A DNA stretch of 61,812 nucleotides, filler included, from Choristocarpus tenellus KU-1152 (GCA_964200185.2; 9 parts of 9 records of this genome joined end to end with filler, not necessarily neighbours in it), one strand, 5' to 3'; shown: positions 1 to 13,090, counted from the whole stretch's first letter. Numbers and translations are program-made. Notes: a model not told the origin generated them from the sequence alone.

Positions 1-77
1 TAGCTGCAACCCCCCTACATACGTCAAGCCAGCGTCAAAAACGGACGCCGGCACCCCCCCCCCCAGATACTTTACCC
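1..77. mobile_element. End of a third subfamily with the same TIR
   Basis: GTCAAAAACGGACGCCGGCA(C)nAGATACTTTACCC; reverse-complement match at 15585-15641. Confidence 0.65.
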
Positions 78-1419
78 ATCTACGCAGAAGAAGTTTGAAA
101 TTCATAGAACAGTTCACACAATGTATTAAACCCTATGCAAACCACAACCATGTCCAGCCTGACAATCCTGAGAACCACCCGACAAGTCAACATAATATGC
201 TGAGGCCTGCCACATTATTCTTTCGACATACTACTAGTTAACACTGTTGAGTAAGACCGTGACCAAGGAGGGTGGGTGAGAAAGTTGATCAAGGACGAAG
301 AGTCCCCTCACCTGTCTGTGGCATGATCTGATCTGTGCGTGTGTATAGTCGACCTCCTCATCATGTGGGTTATCTCTATTTTACATGTGAACCAACTTTA
401 CCAGCTGATCATTACCGTCAGGTCACGGATTCTATTCACATACACAAAACTCATGCTCTTTGAAACCTTCCCTGTTCTTCATAATAAGAGGATACTTATT
501 CACACAGTTATATTACTACTCAATCAAGTGGAAAGCACCTCCTCACAAACACACATATAGCCAATAATCTGAGAAACGCACCAAGTTGACATCGAACGCG
601 ATTTATGTTCCATTAAAGACACAACATGTTGCTGGCATGCCTTCACCCCTGTGTTATTATGTCCCCAACATTTTGTAGATGTATGAAGGGAAAAAACGAT
701 GAATATAGGCATAATATTAAAATATATGTATATATATAATAATAAATAGTTGATTATATTATTATGCCCTCTGACATTTTGCAGATGTGTCAGGGGGAAA
801 CCAATGAAAACTATATACATATGTGTATATAAAACATACGTATTTATTAGGGATAATAATATTTTACATGCATACAAATACTTCAACTGTTAATACACTA
901 GTCTGGTCCTTTTACCGTAGAACAGCATATTGTACTGTAGTATTTTGCAGATCTGTCAGGGGGAAACAAATATAAATTTGACGATTAAGATATGTAAGAT
1001 ATTACATCAAATCTCATTTCCCGTTCACAAATAAATTCACAACTTCATGACCCACACCACCTCATAATCCTGGGAGACATCATTCACATCCGCGTTAAAG
1101 GTTGTTTCATCTGGTACGCACCTGTCTTCACTTGAAGAAGAAGTATCATGTACTCCAGTCCACCTTTGGGGCCCAGGATGGGACCGCGACGAAGAACTGG
1201 CAAGGTGAGAGTGAGAGAGTATCCACCCCCTGAGAAATTCCCAAGAAGACACTTGATTTTATTTAATCAGATGTCTAACCAAGGCGGCCAGGGATGGGTA
1301 AATGAAGTCTGAACGGATAGAGAGAGATTGCTCGGGCATGTGGCATACTTTTCCAACCAAATTCTTCCTCGCCCCTGCACACAATGAGGGATGACGAAAC
1401 AGTAGGATATATAGATATC

Positions 1420-2208
1420 TGTCAGCAACACAGCGTGTATCATGATCTTGCTGTGCCCAATCCTTGCGAAATTATTTGTCCTGAACTCTGCTGACCCCTT
1501 ACATCTCTCATCCTCCTTTCTCGGGTGCCGTCAAAATCTCAAAGGAAAACGATATGTCAACTGATTCAAGCCTCAACATGAGCGATCTGAGCTTCGACAT
1601 CGAGAGTAAGCACCGCTTCAAGGCTGAGATCGAGGTGAATGAATTGTGCGAATGAGGGTACCTTCCCTTGGTTTGATAGCTCACTTGTAGTTCTCGGCAA
1701 TGGGTTCGCCACGGTCAACCGACTTTGTGGAAAGACCATTTTGGGATTCGATCCATTTCAACTCTGGATCGACCTTGTCCCATGTCTCATTTGCAGAACA
1801 TGATTGCATGAGGAATTTACCAAGTTTTGCACTATTTATACCATCGTTCAAGACTTTTGGAGCATTTTTTGGAAGTAATCCTGAGGCCTCCGCGCTCTCG
1901 CACACTTCTCCCGCTCAGTATCCTTCTCCGACATCATCTGAACAGCTCTTTGGGTCCAACATCTGGGGGTCCACTGTGATTCTCCTTTCCTCGCGGCATT
2001 CTCCAAAATATAACACAAATGAAAACAATCTCTGTTGTATTTGATCTCCATGCTCACCCAGCAGGGCAAAGACCCTTCTACTGGGCACAACCATCCATTG
2101 TACGAGTTCACGGCTGGAGAGAGGGTGTGGATTTGTGGTGCCCATAGCGCCGACCAGCTGTGGTAGTGAAGGAGGATGCCTGGAGTTGTGACGTGAGTCG
2201 AGATTCAT
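1420..2208 (-). pseudogene. Unassigned degenerate coding relic
   Basis: ORFs 1915-2208 and 1681-1905 share a frame separated by one TGA; the downstream frame reads protein-like through several TGA codons. No family recognised. Confidence 0.3.
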
Positions 2209-5196
2209 GAAATAGGTTTATCCATGTGTCATATTGTGATTATAGGTGTGTATTTCACTTGAGATCAATGTTGCTTGTCGTACCCAGGTGGCCATAACAT
2301 TGCTGGTGGAGTTGATGGACGGGTGCATGGTCTTCAGTGAGTCGATATCTTCTCAAGCCCAAGGTGAGTCATGCCATTAACAACAAAAGACAAACGCCTG
2401 CCATTTTTATCCCCACAATATCAAATTCATATCACCCTCATGATTTTGGCAACTACTCTGAACCCTTGAGGCATGGATCCACCTGAAGGTTTATGGCACA
2501 TTGGTGAAGGACTGCCCCTTCTAGCTATCTCACCCTTTAGTCCCAGTGATGTCCTTGGCCCAACTGGCTGACTTCGAGACCTTTCCCCCTGCTACCTCTC
2601 CTTTCACATATATTCCCCTACCCCCAATGTTGTTGTACAACAGGCCGTGCTAAAGGAGGGAGAGCAGTGCTGCTCCTGCAACCAGAGGGATAAGTCCGTT
2701 GCTGTAGGCTTTAACGGTCAAGTAGTATGTGACACTTGTGCGGAACATCATGCCCTTGGTGTTTCATCCTCTACCTACCAGCACAACAAGAATGATGAGA
2801 GTAACCCAAACACCAAGGTGGACACCACCAACACCTCACTGGACCAGCTCACAGACAAGCTCATGACAACCATCATGCACAACATTCGCCTTGTAGTGAG
2901 GACACAGGTATGTATGTGCCGGTGCTCCACTCTATTTGAGAAGCCATTGACTTTGCTAATGGGACTGTGTGCAATCCAATGTGCAAGCATCGTAAGTGTA
3001 CTCTGGATGTCACTCCTGTTCTTGCTAGAGATCGTGATATATCTTCCGTATATGTAATGACCAAAAAAGGTATTTCAAAAATAAAATATCCACCCAGTAG
3101 TGAACGAAAGGAAATGATAGCCCACTGGTGCCCAAGGTTAATCAAAATTGATTGCATGCACTTGTTACTACGATAAGTTTGTTTATGTAACCAGACTCGT
3201 CCCAGTGTTGATGATGGGGGTTTCTCCTTTTCCAATATGCATGTGATACAGGATAACTAGATATACACTTCTGTTGAAGAGATAGATATTGGTCAAGAAA
3301 AAGAAAGACATGTTTGTGTTCTGCTTAGTTGAAACACTATCTCATATTTGTATATTATCTTGGCAAATGTGGCTACGATCTCCTTTTGACAGGATGGTAC
3401 CCGAGATACTGTATCATTGGTGGATCAGGAGAGCTAGTTCCTAAAAAATATTGGATAAGATTTTCCGTTTGTTGCAATATGACCTTAAACTCGAGCACCA
3501 CAAAAGGTTACCTTAAGGTCTCTGTAGGGTGTTCATAGCTGTATGCTTGGCTGTTACTTGAATGATAGTAACAAACTGGTGTCATATGGAGGTATTTATA
3601 TATAGAAATGGCTTGTAACAGTCTCTTGGGAACACCCGACAATGGGAGGGTTTGCAGAAAAGGTAATGTCTTGGCCCATCCTTGCCATGGCCACAAGGTC
3701 AGTCACTGGGTCCAGTCGTGATGGGGGGTGGGAGGGTTTCTTGTGAGAAGTCGATTGGAGATGAAAGCATAATGTTTTCTATTGGGGGGAAGAAGATTCC
3801 TGATTGGTAGGTTCTCTCATGTTTTATCTTGGTCTCAAAATATTGGGAGGCATTCTCAAGGGTGAGTACTGAGAAATGGCTAGGGTACAGGAAATGCCAA
3901 AATATAGCAGACTCGCATGGTTTGAAGAGACACCTGATAGTTGCATTCTTGGGTATTCATAAGTTGATCAAGGATTTTGTGTATATGTGTGTGTATGTGT
4001 CTGATAAGCAGCACTAAACAAAGCCAAGTTGAAGTTCAAAGTGTCACCACTTGGCGTTGAAACGGTATATGCAGCATTGTTGCTTCTCTTTTTTACTTGT
4101 TTCCAAGTGAAAGAAAATAAAAATAAATCGATAATTGCTCTATTTTGGGGCATGTATTCTGCAAACGTGCACTGTTAAACCACTTGCACCTGAATTGGGC
4201 ATTGGAAATGAAGTTAGGTCAGGAGGGTGTAGGTATGATACCATGTGGCATGGTTTGACGTGGGTTACAATTTAAATAAGTTTTCTAGAAAGAAAACAGC
4301 TTTCCTCCAATACGAAAATTTCACAAATTGTGGATATCTTTTCATTTTGGGGGAGTTGGGAGAGTAGAGGAAAATTCCGTATGTAGGGAAAAAATAGTTG
4401 TATTGCTGTTTGGAGCACTGTCAAACATTTGTTGACAGCAACCCCTGCTACCTGTGATCCAAAGGCTTGGAGGGTAGATTTGTCCATGAAGACTAGATAT
4501 TGATCAAGCTAATGATTGACCTCCTTCGGGATTTTGATGGCAATGCTTAAGAACTCTAGATAGCGGTAGTGTGAGAGAACTAAGAACAAAATATAGTTTG
4601 ACTTGTTTCTGTATACTCCTTCCACACTAAGATCTGCAGGCTGTTAAGTGACTGACAAGGAGGGTGCTGCCTGAGATTCTTACTTTATAGTTTGGCCCTT
4701 TCGATGAAAGTTTGTAGGTGGTGTTGGCAACAGTTTTGATTTTGGTGCAATGACACTTTATAGTGTTGTACGCCAGCTGACACTTTATAGATCTTGTCAT
4801 GGTGAGACCAAAGACAGCAATGACAATTTATAGTGCATGTGCATTTGTAACTAACGAACTAGTGTTTTTTTTTCTTTCTTGGGTAGGAGAAAATAGCACC
4901 TCCCCAAAAATAATATATATATATATATATATTTTTGTTCAACTGAGGTGGAGGAGACAGCAGCTGTAGAATTCGGGTAGTTTCTTTCAAAAAAGAGTCA
5001 ATTCAATTTTTTTGATTGAGATATGACGGCTGTACAGTCAGGGATTGTGCTTGAAATGCAAGAATGTAATGACTTCATTGTAGCAACTACCACAATTGTT
5101 TTCTCCCAGAGGTGTTACCAGGTGTTGCTGTGAGGTCTGTTACAGAACTCTCGATATCTGTCTTTCATCAACCCATAGAGCTCTTGGAACTACCCT

Positions 5197-5296
5197 NNNN
5201 NNNNNNNNNNNNNNNNNNNNNNNNNNNNNNNNNNNNNNNNTTAATTAATTAANNNNNNNNNNNNNNNNNNNNNNNNNNNNNNNNNNNNNNNNNNNN
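5197..5296. other. Artificial contig-joining linker
   Basis: 44 N + TTAATTAATTAA (stops in all six frames) + 44 N, identical at eight positions. Confidence 0.98.
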
Positions 5297-5367
5297 TTTT
5301 TTTTTTTTATTACAAACTGACAACCCGCATAATCATTTTCTTTCACAGCAACGCGGTGGGGGGTGGT

Positions 5368-5401
<34 letters not shown>

Positions 5402-5528
5402 CGTTATCTTCCAATCAAGCTTTCAGCCCGCAAGAGTGAATGGCAAGGCAACCCAACCACCTTCAAGAAAATTGGTGTGGCATAGATAGATGTGGCAAGA
5501 AGTCTAAATAATGTATATCGAAGCCTCT

Positions 5529-5611
5529 AGGTTTAGGTTTAGGTTTAGGTTTAGGGTTCGGTTTAGGGTTAGGTTTAGGTTCAGGGTTCGGTTTAGGTTT
5601 AGGGTTCGGTT
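5529..5611 (+). repeat. Interstitial telomere-like tract (TTAGGT/TTAGGG/TTCGGT hexamer variants)
   Basis: About 13 consecutive hexamers; shorter TTAGGG/CCCTAA runs occur near 15498, 24686 and 26795. Confidence 0.8.
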
Positions 5612-6016
5612 GCTGTGCAATTATTCTTCGCCATGTTTAACTTCGGTTTGAAGGTGATGGAATCGGACTCAGGGGATTAAAAAAAAAATAATATATATAT
5701 ATATACGTTTTTTCTTTCAAGTATCAAAGCGACAACAAAAAAGTCACTTCTTAAAAAAAAAAAAAACACTCGAAAGCCCTGAGTAGAGAAGAGCCGGTGC
5801 GCGCATACTTCGCTACGAGAGCCCTACCTAGTAACAGACTAAAAAAAAAACTACTTTAAACCCCCCCCCCACATACGAATAGCGCCTCTAAGCCACGCCA
5901 TACTACATACGCCCAGACAGCACAGAAAAGTTAATTGAAATTAACTTTTCATAGTGTCACGAAACCACACACAGAGTAAAAATCGTACAGAAGCAGAAGA
6001 GTCAAAACTCCTGCAA

Positions 6017-6041
6017 ACACACACACACACACACACACATG

Positions 6042-6075
<34 letters not shown>
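6017..6075. repeat. (CA)n microsatellite
   Basis: Direct reading. Confidence 0.95.
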
Positions 6076-6077
<2 letters not shown>

Positions 6078-6839
6078 GCGCACACTCCTTAAAAAAAAAT
6101 AATTGAAGAACCACCAAGAGAGAGCACGAGGGACATACCCAGAATGTCTTCAAGATCTTCAATTTCAACTCTTGCATTAGCTATCGTTAAACCCGGTTTT
6201 TATTACTTTATATCCTTCATCAAAGCCTATACAGTCGCGCTCATCATCAATTCTACCAACATTTTCTTCTACAATGTCTTAAATTGCTGCCAAGCCATCG
6301 GTGCCTCCATATTCACCAACATATGTGCCATGTAAGCATTAGGGCAGAGCCCTTAAAAGATCCCCAGCTAGTTCTTCACCCTTTTCCTACCTGTAGAAGA
6401 ACCGGTGCCCGGTATGCCATCCCCTGGTGACCACCCTTTGAAATTCTATAGCGCAAGAAAGCCCCCCTCCCACAATCTCCTTTGAAACCGGCATGTTCAT
6501 TGGGGGATACTGCCATACAGACACAGGCAGGCAGGCAGGCAGGCAGGCAGTTGAAAAAAAAAAATAGCAAAAGTGTCAAAATAGTTTCAAAGGTACTACT
6601 ACCATGACTAATTGTAACCGCCTTTAATCAAGCTCCACGCCTGCATTTGCGCAAATTACCTCTCTGATTCCGTACAGCATTTTCTCTCGCTCGGAAGGGT
6701 TTCGCCTATCATCCTCAGACAGAAGGGCGTGATGAACACTGCCATCAAAAACGCCACAACTACACCCCAAATACACCCCAAAAACTGAAGAGAACTCACT
6801 CACGGTGTTTATATGTACTGGAACTCTTTGAAGACATAA

Positions 6840-6841
<2 letters not shown>

Positions 6842-6883
<42 letters not shown>

Positions 6884-6919
6884 TATATATATATATATAT
6901 ATTATATATATATATATAT
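6842..6919. repeat. (CA)n(TA)n compound microsatellite
   Basis: Direct reading. Confidence 0.95.
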
Positions 6920-7823
6920 TAAAAAAATATTTACGCGGTCAGCGTACCCCCGAAATACCGGTGTCTTGAACGATCACACCTGGAAACATACGAAGGCGTT
7001 ACTTAACATGCAGACAACGGACACTCCGGAACAGCATTGAGATTCAAACAAAAGTCTCAAAGGCACGACCATGACCATGCTTGAAAATGTCCTGTGATAC
7101 AATACTTGGTGATATCGTCACAGTATTCAACCTCTCCAAAGCCACGTGGCCGCCCAGAGCCATGCCAATAATTACTGCTATGGTATTGCAGGTGATGTTG
7201 TTGGATATGACAACCCTGTGCAATAAACGGCACGTAACCATCCACGAACACACATGCTCACAGAACGGAAATTGTAGCTAGAAAAACAGTGCATAGGAAG
7301 AAGAAAATGGGTTTGAGATTATTGGCAATTTTTGGCTAGTGTTTTTGTTACAGAAGCAAAATTTTGCAAAAAAAAGAAGAAAAAGGAGTGCATTTGTTTT
7401 TGATTTCGACACTTTGAGAACAAGCGGTTTGCTTGCTCTATTATCCGCAAGGTTGTATCGACACGCGGGTCTTTCGTCAACATAGTAATGCTACCTCGGC
7501 CTGGGATAACAGGGGCATGCATACATACCGTGTTCTTGTCTTGGAACGATATCCTAGATCCACAAGGAGAAAATATTTCCACCATCCTCCCTAGATGCGA
7601 TCGCAATTCCAAGACGAGCTTGATTTTCGAAGGTAAGCGGCCTATTAATAATAATATTGCGTATTGCTTTGCTTTTAAGAAAAAAACAGAGAGACCCCAA
7701 TCAGAAGAAACTGTCATTTACGTGATCCCTCCTCCTCAACCCTCATTTCTAAGAAATTTGAATAAAAAAAAAGAAAATACAAAGTATCTTTTACCTCGTC
7801 CTCTCTCCCACAAAGATATCACC

Positions 7824-7875
<52 letters not shown>

Positions 7876-7891
7876 ACCCACCAACACAAAA

Positions 7892-7991
7892 NNNNNNNNN
7901 NNNNNNNNNNNNNNNNNNNNNNNNNNNNNNNNNNNTTAATTAATTAANNNNNNNNNNNNNNNNNNNNNNNNNNNNNNNNNNNNNNNNNNNN
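7892..7991. other. Artificial contig-joining linker
   Basis: Same 100-bp linker. Confidence 0.98.
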
Positions 7992-8110
7992 CATTTTACC
8001 TACTCTGAATCATTTCGGAGAAGGTAAAATGCCATGAAAAACCCATGGGAAGCCAAGCCCAAAAAAGACAAACAGGGCAAAACTCGTACCCTCTAAGATA
8101 CTTTCAATCC
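7992..8110. mobile_element. MITE family A, partial (contig start)
   Basis: ..GACAAACAGGGCAAAACTCGTACCCTCTAAGATACT, shared with the other copies. Confidence 0.8.
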
Positions 8111-8554
8111 CGAGACATGGGCAAAGAACGGTCTCACAGTGACTAAATAGCAAGTGAACAGTCAAGGAGCACAACATATAAAATCCAGGACCTCAAGCTC
8201 TTGATGGTGTCTATGAAACCGTATAAAGATCCATCGCCTGTGATATGTCCCCCAGAAGGAAGCATAACCACTTCAATGTGAAAAACAGACGGTTGGACAA
8301 GGAAATGAAATGTCTCTCCCTGTCCTATCATGAATTCAGCAGAAATTAAATGAATGCCATTTCCTGGTCCTAACGCATTAGTAGGCAGCATTGGGGACCA
8401 AGTGGAGGAGGAAACCTGGACGGAAAAACCCTCCCAACGTTTGCCCAGGTGACAGATAAGCTAGCCTGATGCTCGCACCTCACTGCACTCGCTCTACATT
8501 TGACTCAACATTCAAGAGAAAATCTCCTACGCCGAAGTCTTACACCCGTGTCGA

Positions 8555-9030
8555 AAAAGGGTACTGTCTTACGAACACTCTCCCCCTTTCAGGACCAAGA
8601 ACAATGTGTGAGCACAAATATATACAAACAAGAAATTATGTCTCACGATCACATAGAAATAGGGTACTGTCATAAAAAGATCTTCCCCTTTCTGGCCTGT
8701 AAACACAAATATATGTATAAAGACACAAAGTAAAAATCAGGTAGAAATAGAGTACTGTCGTAGAAAGACTCTCCCCCGTTCAGAATTATGAACACAAGCA
8801 GACACAGACACAAATCACAATAAGATAGAAATAGGGTACGATCAAAAAGATATCCCTGCCCTTCAGAACTATGATACCAAATACGTGCAGACACAAAACA
8901 AATGTCTCACAAACACAGATAAACATAGGGTACTGTCATAAATAGACTCTCCCCCTTTCAAGAACTATGAACACAAGCAGACACAGACACAAAAGCAATG
9001 TCTCACAATTAAATAGAAATAGGGGTCTAC
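8555..9030. repeat. Degenerate ~85-100-bp tandem repeat, about 6 units
   Basis: Recurrent AAATAGGGTACTGTC..CTCCCCCTTTCA..AACACAAGCAGACACAGACACAAA. Confidence 0.8.
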
Positions 9031-9699
9031 TTCCAAATTCTCAGTAACTTACATACATTTTGTTGTGTGCACTGGTCATCCCCCCGCATAAATAAATTTT
9101 CCGAGCTCGAACCACATTGAGCTATACATAATTTAATCGAAATACATAGTTTTGGTGATCCAATGTCCACGTGGTGCCAAGCAATTCCATTGCATATGGA
9201 TTGTACCAGGTGGTTAAGTATCGCCCAAATCATCTAAAAGAAGAAGGTGGTTAACCCGGGGAGATTGCTTGATGTCCGTAGATCTATTGATTAAAGGTAA
9301 ATGGGGCATGCAGCATCCCATAAAATCATTAATATTTCCTTTGTTAAGAGAAATATTCTCGTTTGGTTAATCGCTACTAAAAAGTTCTGATAACTTCATC
9401 ACTAATGATTGTTCTCTAACTTCATATAGAGTTTACCATAACTGTCCGATAGAGTTGGAAGAGTCTAATCGAACACCCTTTCTAGCTCAAGCAACTCTTA
9501 AGAATTGACAATGTACAATAATGGATCCTAGGAGACTCCTCAGGTCAATCCTGTATGACAAGAAAACAACCAGCTATTGAACTCAATGAAAAAAATAAAT
9601 CCAAACAAGCACAAAGAACTTTGAATTCAGCAAATAACAAGCCACTAAACATAGTCTAAATTTACGAAAGCCCCTGCATGCCTCCAAAATATTCTTCTG

Positions 9700-9862
9700 C
9701 TGAAGGCTTGGTCATCACATCTGCAGCTGCGCATCTGAGGTAACATGAACAATCCTTATTTGTCCATTGACTACCAAGTCACTTAGGAAATGATGTCGCA
9801 CATATATGTGCTTAGTCCTACCAGAACTCAAAGGGTTATTAGCCAAATGGATGGCTCCTGTG
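9700..9862 (-). mobile_element. Ty1/copia RNase H remnant
   Basis: GAIHLANNPLSSGRTKHIYVRHHFLSDLV..QIRIVHVTSDAQ matches copia 'AI.LA.NP..H.RTKHIDVR.HF'. Cut by the TIR at 9863. Confidence 0.88.
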
Positions 9863-12500
9863 GGGTCAAAGTATCTGGGGGGGGGGTGGAGGTGAGGGGG
9901 CGTCCGTTTCGACCCCGACGAGGTGCTCAAAAATTATTGGAAATGTCCGTAGGACAAACACATCAAAATATCGTATTGCGACGTACAATTCGTCTCATCC
10001 GAGGGGGTATTACGGGGCATGGCAGTAAACGTACTAGATAACAGTGGCAAAATGCAATAATCCAAATGAAATCTAGGTTGTCATCAGGCCAATAGAAGCA
10101 TGTGTATGAGGACACATAGGCACAAACTCTTCAATAAGATATTTAAACCAACACTCCAAATGTATAAACCCGACGATTTAGAAAATGTCCGACATCTCCA
10201 GCACAACATGTCTGTCGAGGCATGTGTCTGATTGGCGAAGTAGAGGGTGACTGACGAACAGGAATTGGGCTAGGTGGCTCCTCAAAGCCGTGTCTCTCGT
10301 CAGTATGGCGGCAGTGTGGGACTTGTCCAGAACCAGGCCTGTATAGGAGCGTCTTCGCCTATACTGTAGTGTTCGACAAGAAGCTGGATATTTCGCAAGT
10401 CACCATTCTCCCATTTAACCTCGTAGGGGTAGCTGAGTCGCTCATCTCCAACTTTCACCTTGTAGTGGGGGTAGCACTTGGTCACGGTCCCTAGCATCCA
10501 CTGACTGTCCCATCTGAAGTATAGTCCCCTGCCCTTGGCACCGGCATTGAGTGTTTCTCCTTCATCTAAATCCGACACAGCCCTCAGTGTCTGTTCAAGG
10601 AGAATATTTCTCTGCATCCTTCTCCAGTCCCTACGCTTCCGCTGGCGGCCAACAATCGACCGGCGGCGTTTTCTGACACACTGAGCTGCAGCCTCGACAC
10701 TGTCCCTCTTGTTTTTCTCCCGAAGTTCGTCGACAACCTCCTCGATCTCGTCCTCTGTCATGTACGACCTCAGATGAGGGGGCAAAATATTTTTCGCCAT
10801 CGTCTGAAAGGTAGGACACTGACTAAATGTACGCCCCTGAACCGTCTATATGAACATCGCTGACCTTCCCCTGTACGATAGCCCCCCCACTCGCGCATAA
10901 GATGAAGCTGGTTCCTCGTCCGAACCTAGCGTTGGATGTCCCCAACTCAAAGTCGCCTTAGGAAGCAAGCAGGTATCCCAACGAGGGATTGTCGGTTGGA
11001 TTCTGTGGTGAACCTTTGGTATTGACCAGACAGGATCGTGAATGTGTTGTCCAGGTGGTTGTCGTGAATGTCTGTAAAGTCTGAGATGTTGATAGCCTGA
11101 AGTGGCATGACGCCGGGACTCGGTTGTGCATCCTACAGCACCGCAAAGATGTTCGTTGCAGGGACTGTGTTAGTGTATGGGACTATTGGCATTTGTTTGC
11201 TCGTGACGGCCTTGTTTGGTTGTATAGGGGTGTTGTTTGTTTTGGTTGTGAGAAATGGAGAGTATAATTTAGGATATAGGATACACTTAGTAGGAGGCGA
11301 AAGGAAGGCATGGGATAGGCTTATGGCCCTATGGAAGTTGTAAAATATTATATGAAAGTTTACGATTGTGGTTGTAGAGTAGGAGAATAAAATTACACTA
11401 AGAATAATTGTGGTTTGGAGGTTAGGGTTGGATGTAATGGGAGGATTTTATTTGTACACGAGGGGATACTAGGGGATATGTAACATCTGTATATTGACAG
11501 CGTCGGTTGATTAGTGTAAAACATTGTTCTCTTAGTAACAATAAGAAGCAATTCTCACCTTGTCCGTCCGTGACATGCGAATAGTTGGCACTCCATCAAC
11601 AAAGCTAGCACTCAGCACCTTGAAGTCCTTCTGTAACAGAGACCATCTCATCTCCAGCACTGAGCATCCCTCTATAGATGGAGTGGTGCCTGCGTTCCAA
11701 TGAATCGTGTCCTTGCGGTGCACAGTGAACGGCAAGAACTCTAGACCATTGTACTCTGATGACTACGTCCACACAATGGGTATGTTCCCCTCAGCGAGCT
11801 GTCTCTTCTTCCTCGACAGCTGGCTCCTCAGATACATATCGTCCGTTCCTGTTTCCATATCCTTAAGCGGGGGCACGTGGGTTAGTTGCCACCTGCATTG
11901 GGCCAGGTTGCCGATGGAACAGTTCGTGCAGTAGCACGACAGCTCGGTGTATATCAATTTGCGGGAGTCTCTGGTGGTTCGCTGACCAGTGAAGAACCTG
12001 TGCATGGACTCTATGCCACTGAGGTTTGGGACACGTGGGTCTTGTTGTACCGCACAGTTGATATTATGCAAAAGAGAACTCTTCCAATAGAGTCTTTGCT
12101 TTAAGTTGTATTGATTTATTTATTAGCGGAGTGAGCACAACCCTTATATTATTATCTATTGCGCACGTCATCAGACACGTCAAAATGTGTCTGCGTCAGT
12201 CACACTACGTCAGCCACTTATATTGAACAAGATAAGAAATCAATCCATCGAGACTCGAACCTGCGACTCTGTTGTATTCCACTGTTCACTAAATATATAA
12301 CTCCCTATAGACTGCCTAGCCTATATTGCACAGATATCGTAGGCTGGGAGGTGGACTACCTCGTGGGTTCTGAAGGTGTCGATGTATAGAAGTTTTGTAG
12401 ACGTGTTCCTGAGCAGTCTGCCGTCCCTATTCGTCCAGTCCTAAGGGGTGTGGTGATTGTGTGTATACGGAGAGGGATGGTACGTGTTGGAGTCAGTGTT
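9863..12500 (-). mobile_element. Relic DNA transposon (Sola2-like, inferred) with TIR at 9863 and degenerate transposase C-terminus
   Basis: TIR GGGTCAAAGTATCT plus poly-G at 9863. 11532-12071 is one frame broken by TAG at 11763-11765 (LSGIESMHRF..LIYTELSCYCTNCSIGNLAQC), similar to the 'G.rk.H.F..lSC.C..C' tail I recall from Sola2-type transposases. Confidence 0.5.
10300..10800 (-). CDS. 166-aa ORF with basic NLS-like stretch and C-terminal Tudor/SH3-like barrel, inside the transposon relic
   Basis: ATG-started open frame. RKRRR..RQRKRR, then KGRGLYFRWDSQWMLGTVTK..YEVKWENGD..LLVEHY..AW, an aromatic pattern typical of Tudor-like folds. Confidence 0.55.
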   Translation of the reverse strand: MAKNILPPHLRSYMTEDEIEEVVDELREKNKRDSVEAAAQCVRKRRRSIVGRQRKRRDWRRMQRNILLEQTLRAVSDLDEGETLNAGAKGRGLYFRWDSQWMLGTVTKCYPHYKVKVGDERLSYPYEVKWENGDLRNIQLLVEHYSIGEDAPIQAWFWTSPTLPPY

Positions 12501-12690
12501 GGTACTGAGGCAGCGTCCTGAGACCAATTCGATATGATAGCATTTTCTTTCAGATGATAAATGCTACCTATTCTTGTAACAAGTGTGTTTGGTAAATGAC
12601 AGACGTTAATATGGGGAAGAATACAATTGTTAAAACGTAGGCTACTCATTTATTTCTTGTTGATATGATACACAATACTACCAGCTTGTA

Positions 12691-12700
12691 NNNNNNNNNN
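12691..12700. other. 10-N scaffold gap
   Basis: Run of 10 N without the linker motif. Confidence 0.9.
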
Positions 12701-12990
12701 TTATTTATTGCGCATTCCAACTCATCATCACATCGATGATATTAGATAGAAGAATAGCATCAGTTGATATTCAGTTGATTCACATCACACACAGGAACAT
12801 CATAGCACACGTCATATAAGTTCCTTCGGAACTTGCATCAAGTGAGTCCCACTGTTGCCTTGTGTCCCTCTTTCTATATTGTTTTTTGTCCCCATCTCTG
12901 TTCTTTTTTCTTTATGCATAAAGACCCCAGATGCACAGTAATTGTTGTTTATTATTTTTATTGATTATCATTGTCCCCTCACTGAGCACC

Positions 12991-13090
12991 NNNNNNNNNN
13001 NNNNNNNNNNNNNNNNNNNNNNNNNNNNNNNNNNTTAATTAATTAANNNNNNNNNNNNNNNNNNNNNNNNNNNNNNNNNNNNNNNNNNNN
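12991..13090. other. Artificial contig-joining linker
   Basis: Same 100-bp linker. Confidence 0.98.

Noticed and set aside
5241-5252. TTAATTAATTAA palindrome and ORFs ending in X..LIN
   Set aside because: Synthetic six-frame-stop linker, not biology
5529-5611. True chromosome end
   Set aside because: The tract is short, degenerate and internal to its contig
1420-12071. Alternative genetic code or stop read-through to explain in-frame stops in relic ORFs
   Set aside because: Intact genes end at the expected positions with TGA (SmD2, MIC10, CRM) and TAG (TraB); all three stop types and frameshifts occur in the relics, as expected for decay
12250-12267. tRNA T-arm/B-box-like GCAGGTTCGAGTC on the minus strand (similar GGTTCGAACC near 18286 and 37790)
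   Set aside because: I could not fold an acceptor stem, D-arm or anticodon arm; the other two lie inside the Tc1-like element. tRNAscan-SE would settle it.
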